Positions 51,590 through 64,000 of a DNA stretch of 64,000 nucleotides are shown here, piece after piece. Below the pieces are notes generated by a model. It ran no database searches. It was not told the DNA's origin and worked only from the letters and a program-made list of their open reading frames with translations. Each line of letters starts with the position of its first letter. The stretch's first letter is position 1. The DNA is from Tubiluchus corallicola (taxonomy: Eukaryota; Animalia; Priapulida): positions 248,001 to 312,000 of the forward strand of contig JAQGDQ010000238.1 in the NCBI GenBank assembly GCA_030141605.1, read 5' to 3'. Both the position numbers and the translations under genes were made by a program.

Positions 51590-52890
51590 AAACGCAAAAA
51601 CAAAATGGCCACCAAGTTTTTGCACAAACTGTATATTAATCAAAAGAAATAACCAGGAAATTAATATTAAGAAGCGATTATGACATCTCTTCTGGGGCAG
51701 TTGGATCTAAGAAATCCGCTTTTGTTACTTTCATTTAACAAATAGCCCACGTTTTCAAAATGGTCACCACACACAAAACGAATTTATGCATGCAGATCAT
51801 ACAATTATATTAGCTTGTTAAAACTAAAATTTTGGCCACTGAGGCCACATCACAATGTAGGGTCTGACAGAGAAGCGAGCAATAAGAAACAAACAGTTCA
51901 AGACGGAATTTATAGAACCCTGATAGATAGGTAACATAGATAACACTACCTCTAATGCAATCGATCACATTCATCACCACATTTGCACAGAGCTGAGCAA
52001 AGAAGACTTGACTGGAATCATTTACATCTCCCACGGCACCCTTTAGCTCGCTGGCAGCAACATTTAATGAGTTAATGACATGCTTCAAGTCTTAATGTCC
52101 AGTGTGGTTCTGACTGGTTCCGACCAATATCACGACTGCAGACTTCTTCTAGTTCCAGTCGAATCGTGATGGCAGAAATAGAGCAGTGATCAATGCCTGG
52201 TCTAATAGTTTCCTACCTGCTACCACGTTGTAGTGTGCTTCACAACGTGGCAGATCTTGGAGGAATTGCCTTCATAGACCCTCCCTTTCTTGTTAACATG
52301 TTCCTACTTACTTTATCAACTGACACCAGCATGTTAGCTTTGTCATTCAGGAGTGCTACAAAACATTCAAGCACAGGCAGGAGTTCACTCAGCATGTTTT
52401 TGTTACCTGCCTTAATCTATTTTCCTCTCTCTGCAAATGCTGAAGTCCAGTGACAACCAAACCAATATTTGTACAAAACTTTTACAGAGCTGACCACTGG
52501 GTCCATAGCATTCATAACTTCACATGCCTAATTGAGATATCGCATTTATAAGCTAGCAAATACATTACACAAGCGGCTGCAGGATTCTTGGTGTTAGTAA
52601 GCACCAGATATGGATTTCTTGACCTTGAAAGCCTATAATTAGATACCAAAATTGTGACATTATGTGCTGTAACAGGTAAGATAAGCTTTTAAGAACTAGT
52701 AACAGCTATCGTGTCAGTTATCTTCAAAATTTCGGCCACATTGGATGGTCTCATATCCAAACGTAATCATCTTGCTTAGTTCTAGCATTCTAGTGCAAAG
52801 CTTCGTAACTTTTAGGCGAAATTAATAAGTTTTCTACCATTCTGGTAGGCTAATTATATCAGAACTCTACGCCATTTTGTTTTTTTGCTC
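51590..52890 (-). mobile_element. Academ-like DNA transposon remnant
   Basis: Minus strand AIPPRSATL ... PHWT..EACH*LIKCCCQRAKGCRGRCK*..CSALCKCGDEC (Cys8 finger); inverted GCAAAAACAAAATGGC motifs at ~51594 and ~52872. Confidence 0.6.
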
Positions 52891-53389
52891 ATTGGAATGT
52901 TTAGGTTGATTTGTCTTTTTGAGGCGCAAACTATGACATACACAGAACACTATTATTGGATCAGCTCTGTTATTATCGGCACTTAGCTCAAGAATTACAT
53001 GCCTACCCTAGACCTGCTATTATGTACAACGATAATAACGCTAACGTTTTTCGTAAACTCAGATCAGGTCATACATCCATGGCATTCTCTTCAAATTGTT
53101 GCAGAACTACATAAAGTCCACTAAACGTTTTGTTAACTGATTGTACGTATAATTGTATTTTATGTTGTTATGTAGAATGCCTTTCAATCAAGTACTCATT
53201 AATAAACAACGCATGCTAGAATCAACTATATGTACTGCTGCACTACACTAATTGCATTAATTTTACATGTATTGGATTTCTGAATTAAGTAGCAACATTG
53301 TACAATATATTGTACAACTTATACTTTCCGTGGGCTTATAGGCTTATGTACATCGAATATAGTTTCTGTTATCGTATCTGGTGCATGGG

Positions 53390-53487
<98 letters not shown>

Positions 53488-53540
53488 GAAGAAGAAGAAG
53501 AAGAAGAAAAAGAAGAAGAAGAAGAAGAAGAAGAAAAAGA
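53390..53540. repeat. (TAA)n(GAA)n
   Basis: Direct reading. Confidence 0.97.
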
Positions 53541-55064
53541 AATGAAGAGAAGTTAGAGAACGTCCCTTCAACAAGTTATGTGCAAAGTAACTGTCAGTTG
53601 AGACATGGGTTCAGGTACTCTCGACAAAAAATTGGCCAAAATCGGAATTTGTACTTTTGAGATTTACGCGCAAAACCAAGATGACGCCTAAAATCAGTTA
53701 GATCTCCTAAACCATCGAGCCTAGATGAAAAATATGTATTATCGACTGATAGGAAAGGAAAGGATTCCAAAAATGGCCTTTTTTATCTGTGAAGTTATGA
53801 TATAACTGATATGACGTCTTGGTGATTTTTGGTCCCAGTGGGCGCCATCTTGGATTTATACGTATATAAAGATAACCCACAGCGATGGACTGAAATATTT
53901 TCCTGTCTTTGTCGTGGTATTTTTCATTAATTCGTATAAATATAATGCTGAGGCTTTCCTCTTGGATATTAAATATGTATTTATTTATAATTACATTACA
54001 TATGCAGTCCTCTTAAAGAAGCTATTTTTGCACTGTTAACAGTACAGAGAGTAAAAAATATAATATAATCAATATAAAAAATAACGAATATCCTAATTCA
54101 TATTACATAAAAGCATGGTTGTAAAGCTTGATTAGAATTAAAAAGAAATGAAAATGCATTGTAACTAACGACTATTTAGAAGTAATTCCCTGAATTTCTT
54201 TCTAAATGTTTAAAAATGTGTAATTTTGCTTAATTCAGTTTTGATTGCATGCTGATCGGAAAATACACTTGCCCTGATTATAAACCGTACCAGAATTAAG
54301 TTTTGCAGTAGGAATAAAAAGCAAATTTGGCCGTCTAGTGGTCCGAGAAATCATAATTGTTATATAATTTATAATCATAATTTATAATGGCGTCAGATAT
54401 GTAGTTATATAATAACTTCTAGGACTAGATGTAGGTGGTCGGTGAATGGGGTGGTTACCTTTTTTGAGATATTTTTTACTTTTTTCATGTTTTACTTATA
54501 CGTATTGAAACCTGTTCCGTGTTTTTCATTCTTCAGTACGTCGTTACTTCCTTTCAGCAACACACAACAAAAGTAACCCAATTGCCATAATTAGCGAATC
54601 TCTGGTCTGAAAAGTGAAACAGAACATATTCTAAAGAGCAGGAAAAAGTTTACTCTCGAGCAACCCACTCGTAGCGTATCGGAAGTGGTGCTGACAAGCC
54701 ACTGGCATAGCGGTGTCTACTTTGTTGGTGGATTAACTGCTGTGTTTACCTGTCTTAATGGCAGATTTCTTTTATTTTAGAGTTCTGCCTGCCCAATGTC
54801 TACAATAGACGTAATGGGCATATGGTGATGATCGTAACGCTCAGCTAGACTGATAACAATCTACATATCAACTTCATACTAGTTAACATGTCAAACGCTA
54901 AGCCTTCCTTGAACAAAGTGCTTGTAAGGTCGGTATGGATAGCGTAACTTAATGTTAAAAAACCATAACTTTAAGATGTTATCTCAAGACTATTAAAACC
55001 AGCTCACATAACTTAAAAAATCCAAATGGTCATTTAATGCAGAGTAAAGACTAGAGCTCACTTC

Positions 55065-55103
55065 ATGCAAACAATGGAACTGCATTTGCTGATTTTCACA
55101 CAG
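55065..55103 (+). CDS. unrecognised secreted protein, paralogue B, exon 1 (alternative ATG 55074)
   Basis: MQTMELHLLIFTQ|GTAATT; homologous to 32334-32363. Confidence 0.75.
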
Positions 55104-55859
55104 GTAATTTTATTAATACGTTTTTTAATTGCTCGCATCCCAGAGATTATTAATTGTACAATATTTTCGCGTTTCCATTTTTTGATCTGTTCACTTTTAT
55201 TTAATTTATTTCAATGTCAGTAAGTCTGTGTTTGTACTATCGTTAAGTTATAATCTTCAAAAATTACTTCTCTTTACTTCGTAACTGTCAATCTTTGTAC
55301 ATTTCTATTGCTTTAACCTATTTAACCTCTTTTGTTTAACTCATAGGCCTTAAGTCAAATAGCCCTATGACTTAATTCAATAAATTCACGTTCACACTAT
55401 CGTTAATTTGTGACTTGCAACGTTAAGGTTACACATATCTAAGTTTGCAGTAATAGAAAAGTATTATGAGCAAATACAACAAATCCATTTTCGTGGTTAT
55501 TTTTAAAAATAGTCTGTTGTATTTCACCAAAATGCCATTATTCTCGCCTTGTCCAATTAGGGGTACATTGTGTCTAGAGCCTGTGTTCTCAGGGTCACGC
55601 ATTAAATCTGAAAACAAATTATAGACAAAAATTCAAAACTGCTTGGTGTACGTTTACTACGACATTATTTTGTGATATGCATTACATTAAACAGATTTGT
55701 GTAGTGCAAATAATTATCGTTGCAATAGGCCTTAGACATACTTTGAACATCTAACCGGGTTAAGTAAATTGCCTATGTACGCAATGTGCGGTGGTGCCAG
55801 ACGTGTAGAACTTTAAAAACAGTGATTGAAAAGTTAAACTTAACATGAAGCTCTAGGTA

Positions 55860-56115
55860 ACCGAATCAAGACAGGTATGATGTGCTCCGTTGCCAGCAAG
55901 AGTGTTATGTAGCTGCAGAGTTTTGTAAACCTTGGAAAGTCCCACGGTATTTCTGAATGTTCTGAAGAAGGCTGTTGCTGTTATCAACGTAGGATGTTAT
56001 AAAAGCGTGAACCAAAGTTTGAGCTGAGGCTTCATTATGAAATTTTCTGATCTGCTTTAAATTATATAGCTGAAAATATTCACTTTTACATATTTTAGTC
56101 GCATATTTACCCATT
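55860..56115 (-). mobile_element. L2/CR1-like LINE fragment
   Basis: FQLYNLKQIRKFHNEASAQTLVHAFITSYVDNSNSLL...LQNSAA. Confidence 0.85.
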
Positions 56116-56262
56116 TATCAAAAATGTTTATTTGAAATTCAAAGGCGTTTTGGAAGAGGCTGCCTAATTTGCGAGTGAATGTAAGTAAATGTAAAATCTC
56201 AAATAAAAAGTAACAAAATTTTCATACATAGCCTAAAATAACGCTACCAAACACTCTCCTTC

Positions 56263-56266
<4 letters not shown>

Positions 56267-56298
<32 letters not shown>

Positions 56299-56304
56299 CC
56301 CCCC

Positions 56305-56345
<41 letters not shown>
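56267..56345. repeat. (CT)n
   Basis: Direct reading. Confidence 0.95.
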
Positions 56346-56351
<6 letters not shown>

Positions 56352-56482
56352 GAACAAATAAATAAACGGTTTAGACTGTGAGTATTGGAGAGTATGTCAC
56401 TCATTCGGTGAATCCGGTTACTGCTTCTTGATTACTCGTATGATTACTTCTGAGAAATACTTGATTTTCCAATATTTTTCAG

Positions 56483-56817
56483 GTGATGTTTTTAACAGCT
56501 GTGTCGTGTCGAAAGGGTTACTCCAGTCATGGTAATTTGGGTCATGGCCGTGGGGATGGGCCACTGGATCGTTACCACCCAAAAAAGTTCTCTCCTTACA
56601 ACAACAATCCTGGCGAGCACGGATATCCAGACCAAAGAACCACTCTCGAGCTAATTTGTGTGATTTCACCACTTTATAACGGCGATGACTATAGGCGGTT
56701 CAATGTGCTTGACAGATATCATACTCAGTATGGATCACCTTTCTCGGCAAATCCTGGTGACAAAAAATTTCCGCAATTTATAGCTGGATTTAATGCTCCG
56801 TTTCGATTACCATTTGC
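56483..56817 (+). CDS. unrecognised secreted protein, paralogue B, exon 2
   Basis: ttttcag acceptor, 335 nt, GC|GTGAGT donor; VMFLTAVSC-RKGYSSHGNLGHGRGDGPLDRYHP... Confidence 0.88.
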
Positions 56818-57452
56818 GTGAGTACACGATCTACTTTGTTTGCTATTGTTAATAATAATTATCATCATCACTGCCACAGCCACCCTCACCAACACCACCG
56901 CAAACACCAATACCACCAACATCACCAACAAGATCATCATCACTATCATTATCATCATAATCATCATCATCATCACTATCATTATCATTGTCGTCGTCGT
57001 CGTCTTCGTCATCGTCACCGTCATCGTCATCGTCATAGCAAAGTTAGTAAGATGGGGTTCAGTCCCACGAAGACATCAGCTACATTTCAGAAGACAAAAC
57101 CCTGAAAACATCAGCTTCTCCTAATTGTTGTATTATAGACAAAACATCCTTCCAACTTGCAAATAAAATACAGTGTATTGACACTAGGTACCTAGCAGCA
57201 ACAGTCCAGACTAGTCTAGTCAAAATTAAAGCACCTTGAATAAACACGCTTGTGGTATGTGAACGACAAGTTTTATAAGTTTTATTTACCAGTTATCATT
57301 CATGATAAAAGAAAAAATTTCAATCACTAATAGCGTTAGGCTTAAGCCAGTTTATGAGAAAGAATAACACAATACTGTCGTGAAGAAAAATAACTACATG
57401 CTTTGCATTTTCCTTTCTAACAAAAGCATATTAAACAGTGTAGTGAAATGCG

Positions 57453-57520
57453 TTGGCAGAGTAGTCTAAGGTTTGCCCCGTAATCAGAAGGTACCTGGTT
57501 CAAATTCAGACTGCATTCCA
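57453..57520 (+). mobile_element. tRNA-derived SINE head
   Basis: A-box TGGCAGAGTAGTCTAAGG and B-box GGTTCAAATTC without proper cloverleaf stems; similar B-box at 60909. Confidence 0.5.
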
Positions 57521-57602
57521 ACTTTTATGCATTTCTTGTCGATCACGTTTTTGCACAGAAAAAAAAATTATTTCTGTGTTTGTAACATCAGTTTCGTTCT
57601 AC

Positions 57603-57742
57603 TCATTTCAGTTCAGTTCAGTTCAGTTCATTTATGCTCAGCTCAACTCAGCTCAACCCAGCTCAGCTCAGCTCAGCTCAGTTCAGTCAATTCACCTCAG
57701 CTCATCTCAGTTCACTTCAAATTTAGTTCTGCTCAGCTCATT
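57603..57742. repeat. degenerate pentamer (CTCAG/TTCAG)n
   Basis: Direct reading. Confidence 0.85.
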
Positions 57743-58001
57743 TCAGATTGGCGAACTGAACTGGCAAACACTCAAATACTTTCTTAATTCTCTTTTGGAA
57801 CCTTGTGTTAAAACTTCTAAAGAGTTCATGTTATACTAGAATATTTTTCTGCTTTATGTTGCAGTTTAAACGCTTTATTTAGTCTAGTTTTGTTCCTCCT
57901 ATATTTGTTTACTCTATTTATTTGACTGCTGAAGATGCTATTGTAAAGTATAGAAAATTCCCATGGCTAAATAACATAAAAAATTCAAGTAGAATTTTCA
58001 G

Positions 58002-59518
58002 TAGAATTCCTAAAGGGACATAAGAGAAATTTTTTGTCATTCCACGAAATATTAAGTAGTTCCCTGTGCTTTTAAATCGTTCCTCCAAATTATTAAGTCA
58101 TTCCTGAGTTATTAACCATTCCCTCGAAATATTAACTCGTTCCCCCGAGTTACTAAATAGTTCCTCCACATTTACTAAGTCGTTCCCCGAGTTACTAAGT
58201 CGTTTCCCCGAGTTATTAAGTCATTCCCTCGAGTTAATGATTAATGTTGCCTATGCGCCATGTTAATTCCTCGAAATGCTTGAACTTGAATTAAATTGTT
58301 CCAGTCAAGTACATAAAGTGGCTTCTTATGTGGATAGACGTTATTTTAGCCTAATGCTTGCCTCCCATTGGAATAGATAAAAAGAGCAATATATAATTTT
58401 GATAGCACACAATATTGGTATTTTGATATTCATTCAGCTTTATGCATTTCCATGCATGTAGCGTACACTATTTTACATGTACAATCTTGTGGTTGACGGG
58501 AACAATAAATTGCACCCCACCACAATTGCAAGTCGCTGTACTTTTAGCGAAATTTTCTTAATAACGATAATATATTTTTATATGCCTTTCACTGATATCT
58601 ATTCCATATTTAGCAGCAAATACATCCGCAATACACTTATATGTCATGCCAAAATCAACAATTGTATTATATGCACTGCCTTTTACACAGTGACGGCAAT
58701 TCCAGAAATTAACATGGCACATAGGCAACATTAATCTTTAATTCTGGGGAATGACTTAAAAACTCGGGGAAACAAGATAGTAACTCGGGGGAACAACTTA
58801 GTATCTCACTGGAATGAATTAATAACTTCGGGGGAATGAGTTAATAACACGGGGGAATGACTTAGTAACTCGGGGAATAACTTAATAACTCGGGGGAACA
58901 ACCTAATAACTTGGGTGAATGACTTAATAACTCGTAACTTAGTAACTTGGGAATGAGTTAGTGACTAAGGGGAACGAATTAGTATCTCGGGGAACGACTT
59001 AAAATCTCGGGGGAACGACTTAATAACTTGGGGAACAACTTAATAACTCAGGGAACGACTTAATCCCTCGGGGGATGACTTGATAACTCAGGGAACGACT
59101 TAATCCCTCGGGGGATGACTTAATAACTCAGGGAACGACTTAATCCCTCGGGGGATGACTTAATAACTCGGGGGGGATGACTTAACTCGGGGGATGACTT
59201 ATTAACTCGGGGAACAACTTAATAACTCAGGGAACGACTTAATCGCTCGGGGGAGAACTTAATAACTCAGGGAACGACTTAATCCCTCGGAGGACGACTT
59301 AATAACTCGGGGGGATGACTTAACTCGGGGGGATGACTTAATAACATGGGGAACAACTTAATAACTCAGGGAACGACTTAATCCCTCGGGGAACAACTTA
59401 ATAACTCAGGGAACGACTTAATCCCTCGGGGATGACTTAATAACTACGGGAACGAGTTAATTGCTCAGGGGGAAAAACTAAAAAAAAAAATTTCTTATGT
59501 CCCTCTAGGGGCTCCGTC
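58002..59518. mobile_element. foldback-like non-autonomous DNA transposon in intron 2 of paralogue B
   Basis: Ends AGGGACATAAGA..AATTTTT / AAAAATTTCTTATGTCCCT; inverted 20-21-bp tandem arrays (TCGTTCCCCGAGTTATTAAG vs CTTAATAACTCGGGGAACGA); inner inverted 40-mer at 58240-58280 / 58696-58735. Confidence 0.85.
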
Positions 59519-59750
59519 AATTAGGGGGTATCATGCTTATGCATTTTTCGAAGTTTCGTTTATCTCGTACTTTCTGAGATTGTCAATTGGGCGTGGAAAT
59601 TCCATCTCTATGTGCTCCATGAGACTGAAAGAAAACTATTAAATGTAAATAAATAATTGTCATATTTCGTACAATTTATTGAATGTCAGTGAAAAGGTAC
59701 CTTGTCTATGCATTTCTAAGAATGACTGACCATTTCTTTCTTTGTTGTAG

Positions 59751-59868
59751 GCCATCTGGGCTGAAGTACATCAAACTTGATAAATCTGGATACGGGAAAA
59801 CGTACAGTTCAGAAACTTCGGACTACTCTCCATACAGATTGTTCTGCTCGTTTCCACTTTTCGGCTGA
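59751..59868 (+). CDS. unrecognised secreted protein, paralogue B, exon 3
   Basis: ttgttgtag acceptor, phase 2; PSGLKYIKLDKSGYGKTYSSETSDYSPYRLFCSFPLFG-stop. Confidence 0.85.
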
Positions 59869-60025
59869 GGCCCAGGCCCAGACCCAGACCCAGGCCCAAT
59901 GTAGTGAATGTATTTTCATATATGTATCTTTAACGAATTTTAATTCGAATTTCATTTCGTATGAACTGTTTTATATTTGAATTATTTTTCTTTTTTATTT
60001 AGTGTCTAGCAACGTGGTTACCGCA

Positions 60026-60182
<157 letters not shown>

Positions 60183-63100
60183 ATGTATTATTTTATTGTA
60201 TCGTCTTTATTTTATTCAAATCATTATTCATTTGTGTAATCATCATTAATAATTACGTTCTTGCTGTTGTGTCCAGTTATTATTTTCAAGCCACAAGATT
60301 TCACAACAGGGTATCGGGTAGAAAAACGTTATAGTAATAATAAATTTGAAGTTATTAATAATACAATGTATTTAAATATGTGTACTTTATACACATGAAA
60401 ATATACACTTGAAAATATTGAAATAGTAGATAGTCACTTCACAATATACGCTCATAAAATGATTTGCTTAAAAAGGCAAAAGAAATTTAAATCATTCTTA
60501 CCTCCCGCCAAACGAACCTCCTTGCGGGGCACATTTGAAAAATTTGTGAAGGTACACGTAGCAAAATTTGTGCAGTTCACTTGAAGTGCAGATCTTTTTA
60601 GCTGACTAAATGTTTGTGTTTAACTGTGTTCATGTAAAAATTAGTCATCGGGTCAATTAGCAACAGCTTTAAATTAAAGTGCATACATAGCTTTAATCCA
60701 CAGGATTACTCCTTAAAATGCGCAAATACTACAAATAATGTATTTACAGATAAGCGTGGAATTCTGCGAGGCAGCGAGCATATATTAGGTGTCGAACAGA
60801 CTACTTAGTTTGTAGTTCAGTTTTAGCTTGTTAAATTATTCTGTTACTTTGTAGCCAATTGGAGGTTATTAAAATCGAGACTTAAAATCAGATAAGCGAG
60901 ATGTCCTTGGTTCAAATCCAGGCTGTATCTCGTCTTTTTCATATTTCCTTTGTTTCGAACAAATTTGGCTCCAAAATGGACAATTCCAAGTGAATTGTAA
61001 TCTCATATGACAAATTAGTTTTAGTTGTACTGCATTGAAGTGAGGTGAACTGATACTAGTTTCGATGTTTTCGATGTTTGCGCACACCGATATAATTAGG
61101 AGGTAGGATTTTTCACGTAAAATTGTAAATGCAAGTCTATCATTATTTTGTTGTAGATTTTTTGCATCAATTACCAATTGATCTTATCGCTAGGTATGGG
61201 TTTTTGTTCAAAATTTCGATAATTTTTAAGGATAACATCGGAAGCATCCAACTTAGCCTTCACTGATCTGAATTGACAGTGTACATCTAAGGTTGAAAAA
61301 CAAATAGACACAGAAACAAATAGGGCAAAAAAATAATGAATGAAGATCAGCAGAATGAGGAATTTCATTACAAAAGGTGCTGGCGAGAGACCAACTAACG
61401 GATTATGGGGCTAAAAACTGCGAAATAATACTTTTGTTTTAATTTTATCATCAAAAATCGTATCTATCTATCTGTTGTTTCTTCTTCATTAGCTTTATCA
61501 ACGTAGAATAGTAAGGCATCAACAAAGTGTTCTATTTTAGGTTGGTACAGTCAAGGATTGCGTAAAGCCAGTGAGAATTGAAAATTTCAGTCACTCACAG
61601 TTGTCACATATTTTGTTAAAGAAAAACAGCGATTTTTTCACCATAGTTTAAATGTCTCTTATATTTAAATATTATATTTATTTATGGCGAGATTTATAGC
61701 TCAAGGAATAGACATGCACGCTCTCGCGTTAGCGGCATTACTGGCCTGTGGCCACTCGGTTTCAATACTCGCTGTGGGCTCATTTATACACGTCGAATAC
61801 AATCGTTTATCCGTCAAACGCGACTGAAACACCTCTGCCCAAGGATAGAAGGATATCATTGACAATGCCATATAACATTGGTGAATTCACGTTCCTGTAT
61901 CATGTAAACACAATGTTTAACGGTCAGTGTCCGGAGATATGTATACAGAGAAGGCTCTGCACGCATCACGTAGCTGCACAGGTAGCGATGTGAAAGGGTT
62001 CCTAGCTTTTCCGTTAAAAAATAAACACTGTAGAGTTACGTTTATATAGGAAGTAATGAACTTAGAAAGATTGTACAATTACAAATCTGTCTAAACAAAC
62101 CAATTTTAAACAATTAATCAATTATTAAGACAACAAAGAGGATGAAGAATTCCCAGTGATTTTAAAAAATAAATGTTCAAAATGGTGTCGTTGGTAATAC
62201 AATATTAGTATGGCTATTGAGCCAATAAGAGTGATCAAATATATCCTCGTGACATACACACCGTTAAAAATTTCACCTATAAACTGATTTTTTACAATTT
62301 TTTTAGTCTTCGAGTATCTGTTGAATGAAAGATTGGCATCTTAACATGTTAGTATTTATTAAAAAATTCGGTACATTCACAGAGTTAATATCATATTAAA
62401 ATTAAATAAGATATAATTACAATTTAAATTTTATAAAACATATAAAGCACTGAGGTCTTTCAGTAGGATATGGTTATTTACTATGTTGAAATGCACTCTT
62501 TGTAAAATGTTTATTTATTTTCCACTGACAACAGATCGTTTACACTTACAAGTGCTGTTATTACACTTTGTAATATTCGCTTAGGAATATTCCTATTTTA
62601 CCAGTTTATTTAATCGACCCTACTAGACCTATGTTTTACGTCATAACCGAAAATAAGATTTTACAGCAAGAAAGAAGAGTTATTGACAGTGATATTAATT
62701 TGAATTAACTGAAAGCAGCTAGACCACTGAGTCTTGTGATGACATAACTCTCTATTGACTGATGATGCACAATGGAAAGAGCGTTTATCTAAATCAGTGG
62801 CACTTTTTCAACATTTTCATCAAACAGTCCAAGTACAACGTACACGGATTTCAAGTACTAATTAAAAATTGTGAAACATAAACGCTAAACACCTTCCTAC
62901 TGCCAAAATTCACTACAATTTTTCCGTTTCTAAGTCGTAAATTGATTATTTATCTTTTTACAATCAATAGATTTTGTTTTCACAAGTTTCTATGATTTTC
63001 CCTTAACGACATAAGAACTAAACAAAAGATGTAGCAGTAAGATGTGGGCAGTAAGAGTGATGTTAAAGTTACATTAATGTCATCATCTTGATAATGTATT

Positions 63101-64000
63101 TTAATAAAACTGATGTTCATTATTTTTAAATAATTTTTAATGATTATTTTTAATGTCTCAATGATTTGCAAAACAAATAACTAAGCAATTAAAATGGTGT
63201 GTTTTACTTGTTTTTTCTTATCGACTTGTCATTTTTTGCCGGTTCTATTTCTTGTTTTTGCTTGTTTATTTTTGATTCTTGTTTCTTTCGTTTCACTATA
63301 GTTTTAACATTTCGGGTTCACTAACACTAATGAATAAATGATACATGTTGTTTTCACATTACTACTAGATATTATTTTTTATAACATTTAACATTTATTT
63401 ATTATTAGTTATTTATTTAAAATTAGTTATTATTTATTTATTTATTATTAGTTATTTTATAAAAATTTATTTATTAGTGCGAAAAATACATAGAATACAA
63501 AAACAAGACATACATACAATTTCAATTTTGAAATTTAGCGACACTGCAGGCAAGCAAACAATTATTGATAAAACAAATATTATAAAATCGTTTAGGTTAA
63601 GTTATTTTAGTAATATACGTAAGTAATATACATGTATATTTAGTTTATTTACATTATGTATCATTATCCATCATTCACTATCAGGGTAGGCTTACAAACT
63701 TTGGCGCCTGACTCCTCTGCATCCCAAGTAATGATATTGCTGTATTTTTCTTATTAAATTGTTGTGTATATTTTGCTTGAGATGGGTGCAACAACCTACT
63801 GCTAGTACTATTATTGCAGTTTTTCTAAATCTTAAATGCATATTTATCTGTGTTAGTAGTAATTTATACATGCAGTTTGCGACAGTTAAATTTAACATCA
63901 ATTTAATGTCTAATTATATGACCAGCAAATAAACTGTGTTTCATCAAGTTACTAACAATAACCAGGCGAAATTAAGTAAATATTAAAAACATATATACAT

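Noticed and set aside
57453-57520. tRNA gene (also 29857-29910, 60862-60930)
   Set aside because: A/B boxes only; acceptor and anticodon stems do not pair
60502-60534. Possible minus-strand first exon MCPARRFVWRE with GTAAG donor
   Set aside because: No downstream exon or homology to support it

Overview
AT-rich, repeat-dense eukaryotic (invertebrate animal-like) genomic DNA with spliceosomal introns; not prokaryotic, no CRISPR, rRNA or intact tRNA seen. Genes read from the sequence: (1) a hairy/HES1-type bHLH-Orange gene (minus, 3 exons, runs off the left edge); (2) an intronless sphingosine-1-phosphate phosphatase (SGPP, minus); (3) a divergent TTLL4-derived ATP-grasp ligase (minus) with a short hydrophobic N-terminus and apparently altered donor-glutamate pocket; (4) two paralogous 3-exon genes (plus; 32334-41129 and 55065-59868) encoding a ~160-aa secreted protein I do not recognise (signal peptide, RGD, internal repeat, dibasic sites), plus an orphan third first exon; (5) a 3-exon galactose-3-O-sulfotransferase-family gene (plus) lying between the two paralogues, followed by a gutted relic copy. 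The rest is LINE, Penelope, Academ, hAT, piggyBac, Harbinger-like, SINE and LTR-like remnants and long micro/minisatellites. Best novelty candidates: the unrecognised secreted-peptide family and the remodelled TTLL4, and (speculatively) their clustering with a Golgi sulfotransferase as a precursor-plus-tailoring-enzyme locus. All family assignments are from motif recognition by eye; no searches were run.
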